Shown here: positions 38,134 to 53,626 of the stretch, in pieces
How the letters are laid out: the number at the start of each line of letters is the position of its first letter
How positions within the stretch are numbered: position 1 is the first letter of the stretch
Assembly (NCBI RefSeq): GCF_016432865.1
Contig: NC_067400.1
Location: forward strand, 629,176,001-629,240,000
DNA from: Antechinus flavipes
Taxonomy: Eukaryota
DNA: 64,000 nucleotides
Reading direction: 5' to 3'
Position numbers and translations under genes: made by a program
Notes under the pieces: model-generated
What the model was told of the DNA's origin: nothing
Databases searched by the model: none
What the model saw: only the letters and a program-made list of their open reading frames with translations

Positions 38134-39029
38134 CCCGGGCCCAGGTGAGAGGGCGGGGACCCTGCGCTCGGCTGCCGGCTCTCTTCCATCGCGCCCCCCC
38201 AGTCCTGAGGTGGAGGCCGCCACTTCTGCACTGTTACGGGGGGGCCTCGTCCCTCCGGGCCTCTGTCACCGGAGGACCACCCTCGGTCCCTTCCCCAGCC
38301 ACGCTGCCCTCTCAGGCTGGGCGGCCCCTTCGAGGAAATGGACCGTAAAGTGGGTCGCTCTTCCCCGGCCCCCCCACAGCCGTTCACCCGAGCCCCGGCA
38401 CAGCACCCCCCACCTCCCGCCGCCTTCTCTCCCCTCTCCCCCACCTCCCCCCCCCCGCTTCCCCCACAGCCTCCATCCTCCTCTTTCCTTCTCCCTCCGT
38501 CCTTCCCAAAACTAAAGGGTGTTGGAGCGTCTGACCCGCCTCGTGCCCCCTCCCGAGTTACAGCGAGACCGGGGAGTCTCACCCCTGCCCCCTCCCGCCT
38601 CCAAAGGAGCCCGAGGCCTTTCGGGCCCGTTAGAAAGTTCCCAGAGACTCCACCTCCTCCCCAAGCACGGGACGGGGCCGCCCCCTCTGGGCCAAACGGG
38701 ACGGGCCCGAGCGCTCTGCCTCCCATGGGACCTTCGAACGCGCCAAGACATTTCTTAGGTTCCCCCCGTTCCTCCTTGCCGGTGTCCCGGTCACCGACGT
38801 TGGTCCCGCTCCTCTCGGAGCCCCCGATGGCGGAACTTGCCCAAGGGGGCAGGGCCGGGCTCTGGGCGGGTTGTTTTACTGTAGATCCGAACTGGACTTA
38901 AGTCTATTGAGACGCTCAGATCTGGCAGATCGCCGTCTCCCCAAAGAAAGGAAGGAGAGCGTGGCCTTGTATCCAAACCAAGGCCGCAAGACCATTGGCT
39001 GGGGGCCTGAAGGGATTTGTTCAGCTGAG

Positions 39030-39168
39030 AGTGCGTGCGTGTGTTTGTGTGTGTGTGCACGTGTGTGTGTGCGTATGTGCATGTGTGTTTGTGTGTTTGT
39101 ACGTGTGTGCATGTGTGCATTTGTGCGTGTGGGCATGTGTTTGTGCGTGCGTGTGTGTGTGTGTGTGA
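39030..39168 (+). repeat. Imperfect (GT)n tract
   Basis: Seen directly. Confidence 0.85.
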
Positions 39169-40669
39169 ATGCTGTGATTTCTTTGACCTCCATTCTCTTC
39201 CCTGACCCCCCTCCTACATCTGTCTCTTCCTCCACCTCTGCCATCCCCAGACACGTTGTTCTCTCTCCATTGCCCTTTTTCCTTCCCTTCTCTCCACTCT
39301 CCCCAGTCCCATTCTGTATCCCCTTTTCCCCCACCTCCCCCCCCCCATCTAGTGCCTGGCACTTGGCAGGGGCTTGATTTCTCCCCTTCTCCCCGGTTCC
39401 GTTTTCCCTCAGTCGCCACCTCCTTGGGGAGGGGGAGATGCCGAGGCGCAGCGCGTGCGCACCCCCCTGCTTCTTGGGGGACTTGGGGTAAGGGCTGACA
39501 GGCCGTTCTCTCTCCAGCAGGTGTCCTGCCCAGATCCGGATGGAGACAGAGACTGCCGTGGCCCCAGAGGCAAAGACGAGCCCCCTGTTCCTCAGACACA
39601 GTTCCCTGTCCCTGCCCCCTCCCTTCCTCCCATCCGCTGCCCTCTGGACAAACACTCCCCTCCTGACCGGGACTCCCACGTTTATCTTTGGGCAATGTTA
39701 GGAACCAGTTTAAGAACCCCGGGTGTGGGAGACCAACTTTCAGCACCAAGGAGACTTTGCCTTCCTTGGAGCCTCAAGGACCCCCCCCCCCCACTAATTG
39801 GACCTGGAGAGATGAAGGGCCAGATCTCCCCCCCCCCATTCCCTTTCCACTTCAGTCTCCTGTTGGTATCTAGGAATTCTGCCCCCCGGGAGCGAGGAAG
39901 CCAACCACGGCCTCCTCGCCTTCCTCCTGCCCTCGATTGCTTGTCCCCTTCAAGGTGGCCGAGGGAGACGATTGGCTCTCTAGTCACATGACCTAGGCCC
40001 AGATTCAGGCTCTGGCTTGTTCCGTGTGACTCTAGACAAATCCCTTGTTCCTCCGGGCTCCCCACGTGTGAAATGAGGGCATTGTATGTATAGATGCATA
40101 TATAACCTGTGACCCTCTCAGCTCTGAGTCTGTGGTCCGTGACCAAGAGACCGGGTACCATGGGAGTCCGTCTCTGTGCATCCCTGCAGTTATCCATCAA
40201 TCTCCATAGTGAAGGTGGATGCTGGGTAAGCTGAGGGGAACGCAAAGACCCAGAGATTTGGACATAACGGAGTTAAAACTGTTTAAAGAACAAGCGTGGG
40301 ACACTGGCCCAGATGGGATGGAGAATTCTCAAGCTTGAAATGAAGGAAAACGCCGTCTAAAGAGAGCCGTGGATGCACCGGAGCGCCCTGGAAGGACTCA
40401 AAACCGTAAGAAAGCGTGCGTCAGAGACTCAGAGCGTGTAACAAGCCGAATGTCAAAATGAGGCAGAGCCCTATAAAACTCCCAGGACAAAAGTGTTTAA
40501 TGATCTGAGGTTGCTGAGGGTGCTCGGTCAGTTATTTCAGGGGCATCTGACCCTTCCTGACCCCATTGGGGGGCTTCTGGGCGGAGAGACTGGGGCGGTT
40601 CACCATTTCCTTCTCCGGCTCATTTTACCGCTGACACAACTGAGGCAGACAGAGTGAAGGGAAGAGTCA

Positions 40670-40800
40670 CACGGCTAGCACGAGTCAGCTTGGCTTTGAA
40701 CCCACTCAGCTAATGTGTCTGAGGTTGGATTTGAACTGGGGAAGATGCGTCTTCCTGATCCCAGACGTGGCGCTCTCCACGGTACCACGGAGCTGCCTCT
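40670..40800 (-). mobile_element. MIR/MAR1-like SINE, antisense
   Basis: gtgtctgaggttggatttgaact...tcttcctgatcccagac...ctctccac..taccac..agctgcc. Confidence 0.7.
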
Positions 40801-42907
40801 AAGCAGCTGTACCGAGGCGGAGAGAAGAGCAAATGGAGCGCACTGCTCAGGGTCTCTGGGAGGGGTTTGCAGGAGTACACGGGGGATGGAAAGGTGAACA
40901 ATGACTCCTGCTTGGCTTTTTTCTTCTCTGCTTTCAGGCAGGAAAGGATAGGGCGAGGGGAGATCTCTGAGAACAGAAGAGAGCCTGCGGCTACTCTTGC
41001 TGTGAGCTCGGGTCCCCTCACAGGGCCGAAAGAAATCCCCTTTGGGGGGACAACGAGGTGGAGCAGAGGACAGAGCGCCAGCCCCGGAATTGGGGGTTCT
41101 CGTCTTCCTAAATTCAAATCCAGTCTCAGACACACACTAACCATGTGACTCTGGGCAAGTCACCTAACCCTTATTGCTCCCCCCACACACCCACACACAA
41201 GAGAAATTCTCTGTGTCCTGAAAACATTGGCCTCTTGATCCCAAAAGACTCAAAGGTGGCTAAGCTTGGAAACGGGCAGATGCCCCCAGGGCTTCCCAAA
41301 GACCCTTCAGAGTCTAGGCCAAGCCGAATAAAAGGCGCCCGAGGAACGAGTTCGAAGCGAGCCGCAGACTCCTTCCGGTTCCGGCGGGCACCCTGGGCTC
41401 CCCGGGGAGCAGCGCGGTGACGGCGAGCCTCTCGGGCTCTGCCGACTCGGCTGGCAAAACTACTGGGCCCACGTCCGTGGCTCGAGGAGGCAGCAGAGGA
41501 TGTCGGTTAAGTGTCACCCTCAGAAAAATGACTTCCCCTCCGCCCCGGGGGAAGGTGACGAAATGCCATTTAGCAGAATCTGACAAACACGTCCAAAGGA
41601 CGGCTCGTGGGGAATAAATCCAGGAGGCCCTCGCGGCCTAGGGGGGAGAGTTGTCCTTGGAGACGGGGGGCCTCCATGGCCAGACCTACCTGGTGGAGGC
41701 AAGCCCGGGCTTTCTGGTCCCAAGCTCTTAACCTCTTGGTGCCCTAGCGGCTCCTTGAAACTTTTAAGTTACAGGACAGTTCCCCATCTGCCTCAGAGGA
41801 GGAAGGTTCCTCATTGGTGATTTCCTTACACCAGGAAACCACAGGTCTAATTGGGAGAAGGGCAGGGGAGAAAGAAAAAGACTCATGGTCTTAGTGGACT
41901 ACAAACAAGACACTGGAAACTAGAACATAGAAACTAGAGCAATCTTAGGTCTCGGGGGGGGGGGGAGAGAGGCTTAATGTCCAGGACATTATGTATTATA
42001 TAATGTGTGTGTGTGTATAATTATAATAATGTATTAATAATAATTATAATAATATATACATATACATATATATGTACATATACATATACACACACACATA
42101 TATATAAAACATTATAATGTCCTTCCCTGGAGGGAGGCAAAGTTCTTGTTTGTGCGGGTCCTGATTAGATCAGCTATCTAGCTCCGCTCTTCCCAATGGA
42201 AGGTGCCTGGAAAGCCGATCCAGCAGTCCGGAGAAGGCCCCGGGGATGTTTGTCCCAGAGAAAAGGAGGCTAAATTCAAGGACCGGAAAGCTGCCGCAGG
42301 GAAGAGGGGTTAGCTTGGTTCTAGCTCCAGAAGGGAGAAGCCAAGCAGTGCCTGAAATTCCCAGCAGATTTCGGTTTCCTAAGGGGGGGGGGTTGCCCGA
42401 GAGTGAAATGAGCTGCCGCGGGAGGCAGGGAGCCCTCTCTCCCTAGGGAGCTTCAAGGGAGACTGGATGACCGCAGGGAGGTGAATTGCACACAGTATTC
42501 TTGTTCCAGCCTGGGACTGGTCGGCCCAGATGCCCGGAAGTCTCCTCGGAGCTCCGAGGAGCGTTTACTCAATGCTCACGGAGTCGTCCGTCAGTGCTCT
42601 CGGCCTTTCCCTGGGATTCCTTTGGCTCCGCTCCCCGGGGGAGTCCGGCCGCCCGCCCGGAAGGCTGCTCCCCGGAGTGATGGGGCTCGGGCAAGCACGG
42701 GGCACGGCTCCCGCTGCCTCCACGTCCTCCCTGGGAGATTTTCCCAGAGCCCCGGATCTGGCTGTGGCCAAAGGAAGACCCTCACCCCCTTTCCCCTCGG
42801 AGCCTTGCATCAGGCCCACAAGCACGGGCACACACCAGGTCGGGCTGAAAATGAAGGCAAGGGGGCTGTGAGCAAAGCTCTATTTTTTTCAAGTGGCCCG
42901 GTGCCCC

Positions 42908-45184
<2,277 letters not shown>

Positions 45185-45894
45185 GATGGCCCCGGGAGCC
45201 CTTAACTCGGGCTCCTCCTCCCCTGACCTCGAGGGGTCTCTGAGGAGCCTCCCCCGGTAACCCAAACAGCCCAGGCCGGCCCCGCCCCAGGCCCCAAGAG
45301 TCTAGAATGCTCCTGCAGGGGTGGGTCTCTCCATGACTACCAGTATCCCCGAGGGTGGGGCCCTGGGGGCTCGGGGCCCTGCTCGCCGCTGCCCTTCCTT
45401 CCCCGTCCCGTGCTTCCACGGGCCGTGCCCTGGCGCTAGCTCCCGGCCGCCCCCTCTCCGGATCTCCAGCCTCTTCCGAGTTCAGACCCAAAGCGACCTG
45501 AAGCCTCCCCCACCTCCGGACAGCTCCTAGCGGCTTTAGGAGATCGGCCCAGGGGCCATGAGAAGAAAGGGGGCCGGGCCAGGGCCTCAGAACCGGGAGC
45601 GAGGGGCAGAACCAGCATTTGGGCCTCCTAGGCCCACGGCTCTGTTCCCCGAGCACTCTCCTTCCTGAGAGGAAGGAGGGAAGCTCCTGAGGCCGGCACA
45701 GTGCCCGGCACAATAACCACTTGGTGATGGAGAGGGGCTCGGTGACCGCCTGGAATTTGGAGAAGAGGGGGGTGGGAGCAGGGCCAAGCATGGAGAGCGG
45801 GGTGCACGGCCTCTGAGGAGTTGGGGAGGGGGCCTCTGGACCCCTCGACCTGGAGCCAGACCCCCATGGTTGGGATATCTCAATGGGGGGGGGG

Positions 45895-47045
45895 TTGTAA
45901 ATGTGTGAGATGAGACAATGTGTGTGTGAGAGAGGAGTGTATATGAGAGTGTGTATGTGAGAGGCGTGTGTGTGAGTGTGAGAAGAGTATGTATGTGTGA
46001 GGTGAGTGTGAGAGGAATGGTGTGAGAAAAGTAGGTGTGATATGAGTGTATGTGAGGAGTGTATGTGTGTGTGTGTGTGAGAAGAGTGTATATGAGATGA
46101 GAATGTGTATGTGAGAGGAGTGTGTGTGAGTGTGAGAAGAGTGTGTATGTGTGAGGTGAGTGTGAGAGGAATGTGTGAGAAGAGTGTAGGTGTGAGATGA
46201 GTGTATATGTGAGGAGTGTGTGCATGAGTGTGGGAGGAGTGTATGTGTGAGATAAGTGTGAGAGGAATGGTGTGAGAAAAGTAGGTGTGATATAAGTGTA
46301 TGTGAGGAGTGTATGTGAGAAGAGTGTGTATGTGTGAGATTAGTGTATGTGTCTGAGATGACAGTGTATTTGAGTGTGTGAGATGAAGAGTGTGTATGTA
46401 TGAGATGAGAGAATGTGTGAGGAGTGTATGTGTGTGAGAAAAGTGTGTGTATGAGATTAGTGTATCTGAGATGACTGTATTTGAGTGTGTGAGATGAGTG
46501 TGAAATGTGAGTGTGTGTATGAGTGTGAGAAGAGTGAATGTGTGCATGTGAGTGTGTGAAATGAATGTGTATGTGTGGGAGAGAGGAATGTGTATGTTAA
46601 AATGAGTGGATGGATGACAGTGTGAGTTTGAATGTGTAAGTGTGAGGTAAGAAAGTGAGTGTGTGTGAGATGAGAGTGTGAGTTTGAATGTGTAAGTGTG
46701 AGGTAAGAGTGAGTTTGTGTGTGAGATGAGTGTGAGTTTGTGTGAATGTGTGAGTGTGAGGTAAGAAAGTGTGAGTTTGTGTGTGAGGTGAGTGTGAGTT
46801 TGTGTGAATGTGTGTGAGTGTGAGGTAAGAAAGTGTGAGTTTGTGTGTGAGGTGAGTGTGAGTTTGTGTGAATGTGTGTGAGTGTGAGGTAAGAAAGTGT
46901 GAGTTTGTGTGTGAGGTGAGTGTGAGTTTGTGTGAATGTGTGTGTGAGGTAAGAAAGTGTGAGTTTGTGTGTGAGGTGAGTGTGAGTTTGTGTGAATGTG
47001 TGTGAGTGTGAGGTAAGAAAGTGTGAGTTTGTGTGTGACATGAGT
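45895..47045 (+). repeat. About 1.15 kb TG/AG-rich satellite with a 64-nt higher-order unit in its 3' half
   Basis: gaggtaaga at 46822 and 46886 gives a 64-nt period. Confidence 0.93.
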
Positions 47046-48781
47046 GTGGGAGTGTAGGGAACCAGCATCCCCAGGGAAGAGAGGGCTGGATATACTAGAT
47101 GCTCCGTTCCCTGAGACAGGATGGGGGGGGGGAGGATGAAAGACCCTCTTTCCCTGAAGGGAGACATGGATGAGCCCTCAGGGTATTAAGGTCCCTGAGG
47201 GACCTGGGAGGATCGGGGTCCCTGACAGAGGCGGCTCAGGAATGGGGTTCTCCGGATGGGGGGTCCCCGATAGAGGAGGCTCAGGAATGGGGTGCTGGGG
47301 TCTCCGGATGGGGGGTCCCTGAGAAAGGAAGGGATGTGGGTGTGAGCGCGGCGGGCTGGGGTCCGGGCTCCCAAAGCGGCCGATGCGAGCCAATGAGGCG
47401 GCGGGAAGGCACCTGGCCCCGGGCAGAGCCAATGGGGAGGTGAGACTGCCGGTAACGGCCCCCGCCCCCAGCCCAGTAAACATGTGGGCTGAGGGGCCGG
47501 CGTCTCCGTCAGAGTTGCCACGGTCAGGTGGGAGGGGGGGGGGGCGGCCTCAGCCGTGGCCGCCGCTTCCTGTGTCAATAGCGGCGCGGGCCAACTTCCC
47601 ATTCCTGGGATTCTTTTCAGCTCAGTGAGGGGGTGGGGGGCGGGGGGCGGCTCCCTGTGGGGCCGGGCCCTCCGTCACCGGCCCACACCACTAATGACAG
47701 GCTGCCCCTGCCTCTGCGGCCGCCGGCCCGTCACCCTCTCCGCGGCCCAGACGGCCCCCCGCGGCCTCGGCCGGCAGACACCCCCCCCCCGGCCGCTGAG
47801 CTCACAGCCCACCCCACCTAGGGAGCCCCCCGGAGCCGCCCGCCCCTGGCCCCGGGGCCTCGGCTTCCTGCGCCGCCGGCTCGGCCTTCTCCCGGCCCAT
47901 CGCTCCCCCCGCGCCCGGCCTCGGCCTTCCTTGCTCCCTTTGATGCCCAAGGGCTTTCCCGGCCCCCCCTCGCGGGCCCCCCGGGACATCCCCCGAGAAA
48001 GGCCCGTGTCAGACTCGGCTTCCAGCCCCGGCTTGGGGACCCGACCCCAGCCCCTCAGACCCCCCCCCAAAGCGAGAGCTGAGGCGTCAGGTCCGGGTTA
48101 TGGCCGGCAAGATTCAGCAAACACACACTCTTGCCTCACACACATTCACACAAACATTCACACACTCACCTCACACACTCTCACACACACTCACACCTCA
48201 CACACACACTCTCCAATTTTCCCCTCTGTAAAATGGTCCCATAGGATTCCTTGCCAGGTAAGCATCCTTCTGGCGCCCTAGACTTTCCTAGGGCTAGGGC
48301 AGCCCCTCCCCCTCCTCCAGTGGAGGCCCAGGTCTCTGAACACAGCCCCTCCCCCCCAGAGGCCCCTGGTTCTCCCCCTCCCCAGACGCCCTTGGCTCCC
48401 CCCCAGGCCGGTGAATACCTCGGCCCCAGGAGGGCCCCAAGGGAACAAAGCCCCGGGGCCCCAAAGTCTGGAGATCTAGCCGAGGGGAAGGTCTGCTTGG
48501 AGCTGCTCTTCCCCTCCCCCAGTCAGTGAATCCCCCTGCCCCGGGCCTGACTCACTTTGACTACTGACCTGGGGTGGGGGTGGGGGGAATGACATCTACG
48601 TCAGAGCTGATGCGGCCTCTGGCCCCCCGCACTGAGTCACCCACCGGAAACTGCCCCCTGCGGGGTGGAGACCCGGAGGCTGGTGGTCAGAGCCGGCCCC
48701 CCCTGCCTCGGTTTCCCTTTGTAACTGGGAAGGTAGGGATGGATCACCTGACCTATGAGCTCATGCCCCACGCTGGGGTAT

Positions 48782-48791
48782 ATGACGTCAT
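48782..48791. promoter_or_regulatory. Full palindromic CRE
   Basis: ATGACGTCAT. Confidence 0.6.
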
Positions 48792-49119
48792 CTTCTCCAG
48801 GACCCCCCACAAGGGACCCCTCTTCCCCTCCCCCGTTCATCGGCAACTGGCAGGGGCAGCCAGAGCCCAGGCCCCGCACAGCCTGCCCCACTGGCGCCGC
48901 CGCTCTCAGCCTCTCTCCATCTGGCGCTCCGGCTGCTCCCCAGCTCGGGGTCTCCTTCCCTCTGGTGTCGGTTGCAGGCTCCCTGCCCCTTCCTGCAGCT
49001 ACCGGGTCCCTGCCTCAGTCTCCTCCCCCGCTTTCTCTTCTTTGGGCTCATCTCACTCTTTCACTTCCCAGCTTTGAGAGGTCACTCTTCTGTCGTGTGT
49101 CTCCCGGGGGTCCCTAGGA

Positions 49120-49555
49120 TTCTGTCCGTCTCCCTCCCCTCTTTCTCCCTCTTTCCCTCTTCCTCCCTCTCTCCCTCCCCTCCGTCTTTCTCCTTTCTCC
49201 TTTTTCCCTCTCCTCTTTCTCCTTCCTCCTTTTTCCTTCCCTCCCTCTCTCCTCCACCTCATCCCTCCCTGCCTCTCCCTCCCCCTTTCGCCCTCTCCCC
49301 TCCTTTATTCTTCCCTTTCTCCTTACTTCCTTCCCCTCCTTCCCTCCCCCTTTTTCCCTCCCTCCCTTTCTCTTTCACCCATCCCTCCTCTTTTACACAC
49401 ACATCCCACCCTTCTCCCTCTTCTCTCTCCCTTTCTCCTTCACTCCATCCCTCCTCTTTTACACACACATTCCCACCTTTCTCCCTCTTCTCTCTCCCTC
49501 CCTTTTTTCCTCCCCCGCCTTTCTCTCCCTCCCTCCCACTTTTCTCCTTTCCCTC
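49120..49555 (+). repeat. CT-rich low-complexity tract
   Basis: Seen directly. Confidence 0.9.
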
Positions 49556-49879
49556 CTCAGGGTTTTGGTCTCAGGGGCTGCCGGCTTGCTCTCATTAATC
49601 TGCCCATCTCTGCCCATCTCTAGGTACACTGAGGTCTTTCTCTCTCCCCATCTAGGGCCATAACCCTCTAAGTCTCCTTCGTTCCCTGTCTCCAGCTCAG
49701 TGGCTTTACACCTGGGTGGCTCAGTGGGTGGGTCTCTGGGCACCTGGTCTCCATATTGTCTCTGCACGGTCCTATGTGTGTGTCCTTGCCCATCTCTGGG
49801 CCTGCCAGTCCTGGGTAACTGAGCATCCTGGTGTCGGCCTTAGTTAACCTTTTCTTCCCTCTGGGTGTCTCACTTCAGT

Positions 49880-50245
49880 CTCTGTCCCCCACCAGGGCCT
49901 TCTGTCCCCCACCACAGCTCTCTGTCCCCCCCACCATCCCTTGTTCCCCACCATGGCCCCCTGTCCCCCACCATGGCCCCCTGTCCCCCACCAGAGCCCT
50001 CTGTCCCCCACCAGGGCCCTCTATCCCCCCTACCATCCCTTGTTCCCCACCACGGCCCCCTGTTCCTCACCAGAGCCCTCTGTCCCCCACCAGGGCCCCC
50101 TGTTCACCACCATGGCCAGCTGTCCCCCATCACGGCCCCCTGTTCCCCACCACGGCCCCCTGTTCCCCACCACCATCCCTTGTTCCCCACCAGGGCCCTC
50201 TGTCCCCAGCCAGGGCCCTCTGTCCGCCACCACGGCCGCCTGTCC
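49880..50245 (+). repeat. About 20-nt minisatellite upstream of IL11 (ctgtcccccaccagggccct)
   Basis: Seen directly. Confidence 0.93.
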
Positions 50246-50572
50246 CTGCGGGTCTCTGGGTGTCTGTGTGTGTCCCCCTCCCGTCCTGAGCCGCCCCAGC
50301 CCTCTTGGATCCGTTCCGTCTAATGTGTCTGGGCAGCTCCCTCCCTGCCATCCCCAGCTCCGAGTCTCCGGGTGCCCCGACGTGTGCCTTCCCACCGTTT
50401 TCCCCGGTGTCCTCACTGTCTCGGGCTTGGTGTGGTGGGAGGGAGGGAACGGGGATGAGCTCAGTGGGTCCCCTTCGGGCCCCCCGTGTCTCACAGCTCA
50501 GCCTCCCCCCTCTCCCCTCCTCCCCCCCTCCTTCCCAGGCCGGGCCGGGGCTGGGGCTGGGGCTGGGGAGAG

Positions 50573-50699
50573 TGAGTCAGGATGTGTCAGGCTCCCTCCC
50601 TCCCCCCTCCTTCCCTCCCCTCCCGAGCGGGCGGTGGCTGGGCCCTGGCCCCTGCCCCAGCCCCTACCCGGCTGAGCCTGGTCCCAGCCCCCTATATAA
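50573..50699 (+). promoter_or_regulatory. IL11 core promoter: tandem AP-1 sites and TATA box
   Basis: TGAGTCA 50573, TGTGTCA 50583, TATATAA 50693; same arrangement as the recalled mammalian IL11 promoter. Confidence 0.85.
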
Positions 50700-51006
50700 C
50701 CCCCCGGCCTCACTCACATACTCCTTTACTCCCCAACTCTCTCTCTCCCTCTCACTCCCTCTCTCCCTCTCTCCCTCTCCCAGTCTCTCCCTCTCTCTCT
50801 CTCACACACACAGGCAATCCAACCCAACACGCTGCCACATGCCTCCCCCCACCTTGATCTGGCCTGCCTGACCCCAGGTCCCCTGATACCAAAGTGAGGC
50901 TCCCTGGGCTGACCTGGCCTGGGAGGGGTTAAGACCAAGACACCCCCTCCCCCACCCGTCCCTGGGGACGGAGCCCGGAGCCCAGCCCCAGCCCGAGTGT
51001 GGGGAT

Positions 51007-53564
51007 ATGGACAGTAAGTTCCCTCGAGTTCATAGGGAGCGGGGCAGAGGGAGGGAGGAGGGAGGGACCCCGGGCCGAGGGGGAGCACACGGGGAGGGGG
51101 AGAGAGGCAGGCGGAGGGAGATGAATGAATGAGACAGGAGAAGGTGGGACCCGCAAGCTGCCAGGTAGGGCAAGGTGAAGGCAGTGGAGGGCCCAGAGCC
51201 GAAGGGGAGCCGCAGCCAGCCGGAGGGAGCACCGGGGAGCCCAGACACGGGGCGAGAGGGCCGGGGACAGGGAGCCACAGCCAGCCGGAGGGAGCACCGG
51301 GGAGAGAGGGAGCACCCGGGAGAGAGGGAGCACCCGGGAGCCCAGACCCGGGGCGAGAAGGCCAGGGAAAGAGGGAGCCAGGCAGTGAAGCGGAGGTGAC
51401 GAGCCCCCGAGAGAGCAGAGGCCCAGGAGAGCTGGGGACAAATGGTCAGGCAGCAGCAGAACGCAGACCCAAAGAGGCCCGGCCAGAAGGACCCAGAGAT
51501 AGAGCAAAGACACTCTGGGTGACAGGGAAAGGGGAGGAGATGGGAGGGGAAGGAGGCTGGGCTGTGGGGGAGCCTCTGATTGGCTACGTTGGGCATGAGG
51601 GGGTGGGGGTTCCCCCAGGGCTGAGCCTAGGGCTAGGGAGTGGGGTGGGGGGGAGAGTCTCGGCTTTGGTTTTCTTGCAGTCTCTCTCAGCTCTGTCCCT
51701 CTCACTCCTTAGATGTCCTTTCCCGATCCTATCTCGGGAGCTGTGCCCCTCTCACTTCCCAGGTCTCTCCCCAGTCCTGCCTCAGTGGCTCTGTCCCTTA
51801 CCTCTCCATTAGGCTGCCTTGTACCTGTTCACTTTTGCCCTAGCTCCGGGGCCTGGGTCTGTGTGGCCTTTGCACCTGCTTCTTGTTCTGGCCCAGGCTG
51901 GCCTTTCTNNNNNNNNNNNNNNNNNNNNNNNNNNNNNNNNNNNNNNNNNNNNNNNNNNNNNNNNNNNNNNNNNNNNNNNNNNNNNNNNNNNNNNNNNNNN
52001 NNNNNNNNNNNNNNNNNNNNNNNNNNNNNNNNNNNNNNNNNNNNNNNNNNNNNNNNNNNNNNNNNNNNNNNNNNNNNNNNNNNNNNNNNNNNNNNNNNNN
52101 NNNNNNNNNNNNNNNNNNNNNNNNNNNNNNNNNNNNNNNNNNNNNNNNNNNNNNNNNNNNNNNNNNNNNNNNNNNNNNNNNNNNNNNNNNNNNNNNGTCT
52201 CTCCCTATTCTCCCTACGTCCCCATGTCTCTGAGTTTCTGCTCCCGCTTCTCTTTGCCCCAGTGTCTGAATCCCCACGTTTCTGAGCTTCTCCTACGGAG
52301 TGTGGAGGCAGCTGAGCCCGCGCCTGGGGCTGTTGAGGGGGGCGGCGCCGGGCCGCTGCCCCCGCAGTCTGTGTCTAGAGCCCGGGCTGGGGGTGGGTGG
52401 GACTCGGGCAGAGACAGACACATACACAGAGACAGGGAGACAGGAATAATCTGAAACAGAGACACGGAGAGATCTTGCCCCCGACTGGATCTCCCCGCTG
52501 GTCCTGGACTCGGGGGGGGGGGGGCAGGGGTGTGGGTGTCTGCGGACTGGGGGGTGCGGGCGGCAGGTCGTGGCCTGCACCTCCCCCCTGCCCCCCACCC
52601 CTTAGGGCCGGGATTCCGGCGTCCGGGGGCGGAGGGAGACGCCCGGCCCGTCTGCTTGCCCCGGGCCGCGTCTGCTCTGCTGGGCGGGGCCCCTGCCTTC
52701 GAGGGAGGAGGGGAGGGAGCCTGATCCCCAGCCCGCCCCCTCAGGGCCCCAGCCTCCGCGGCCCCTCCGCCCGGCTGCGAGGTCCCAGGAGTCCCGGCCC
52801 CTCTCTCCCGAGCTCTGCCTTAGCCCGTCGCTCCCCGTGGCTGTTTCCTTCCCCCAGGTTTGTGCCGCGTAGTCCTGGCCGTGCTTAGCCTGTGGCCCAA
52901 CCGAGCTGGGGCCTCAGCACCCCCCGTGCCCCCCGGGTCTCCCCGCGGCGCCCCCGTCCCGGGCCCAGGGGAGTCCCGAGCTGAGCTGGACAGCGCCGTG
53001 CTCCTCACCCGGGGGCTCCTGAGAGAAACCCGGCAGCTAGCCGCTCAGCTGGTGAGACCCCGCCCCCTTCTCTTCTCTCCTCCCTCCTCCCCCCTCCCCA
53101 TCTGTGCTCGCCTAGGAAAGAAAGCAGCGGGCCCCCGGCACCCAGAGAGCTGGGGCGGGAGACAGAGACACCCAGAGACCAAGAGGTGGGTCAGCGAACG
53201 CAGAAAGGAGAAAGCCGAAGCAAGCTAGGAGGGGGGAGGGGGAGAGATCGGGAGGGAGGGAGGGACAGAGGGAGGGAGAGAAAAACTGAGAACGAGATTG
53301 ACAGACAGAGAAATTGAGAGATAGAGAAGAAAACAGAAACAGAGGAGAGGGGAGAGAGAAACAGGAGAGGGAGGGGGAGAGAGAAACAGGAGAAAAAAGG
53401 GGAGAGAAACAGGAGAAAAGGGAGAGAGAAACAGGAGAGAGAGAGAGGGGAGAGAGAAGAGAGAGAGGAGAGAACAGAAGAGAGAGAACAGAAGAGAGAA
53501 ACAGGAGAGAAACAGAGGAAAGAGAGGGGAGAGAGAAACAGGAGAGGGAGGGGGAGAGAGAAAC

Positions 53565-53626
<62 letters not shown>

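Noticed and set aside
38133-38145. TMEM238 intron downstream of the stop codon as an NMD trigger
   Set aside because: The junction is only 11 nt after the stop, well inside the 50-55 nt rule; an ordinary 3' UTR intron.
52989-52998. REST half-site GGACAGCGCC in IL11 exon 2 (and TTCAGCACC in RPL28 exon 3)
   Set aside because: Isolated half-sites explained by codon content.
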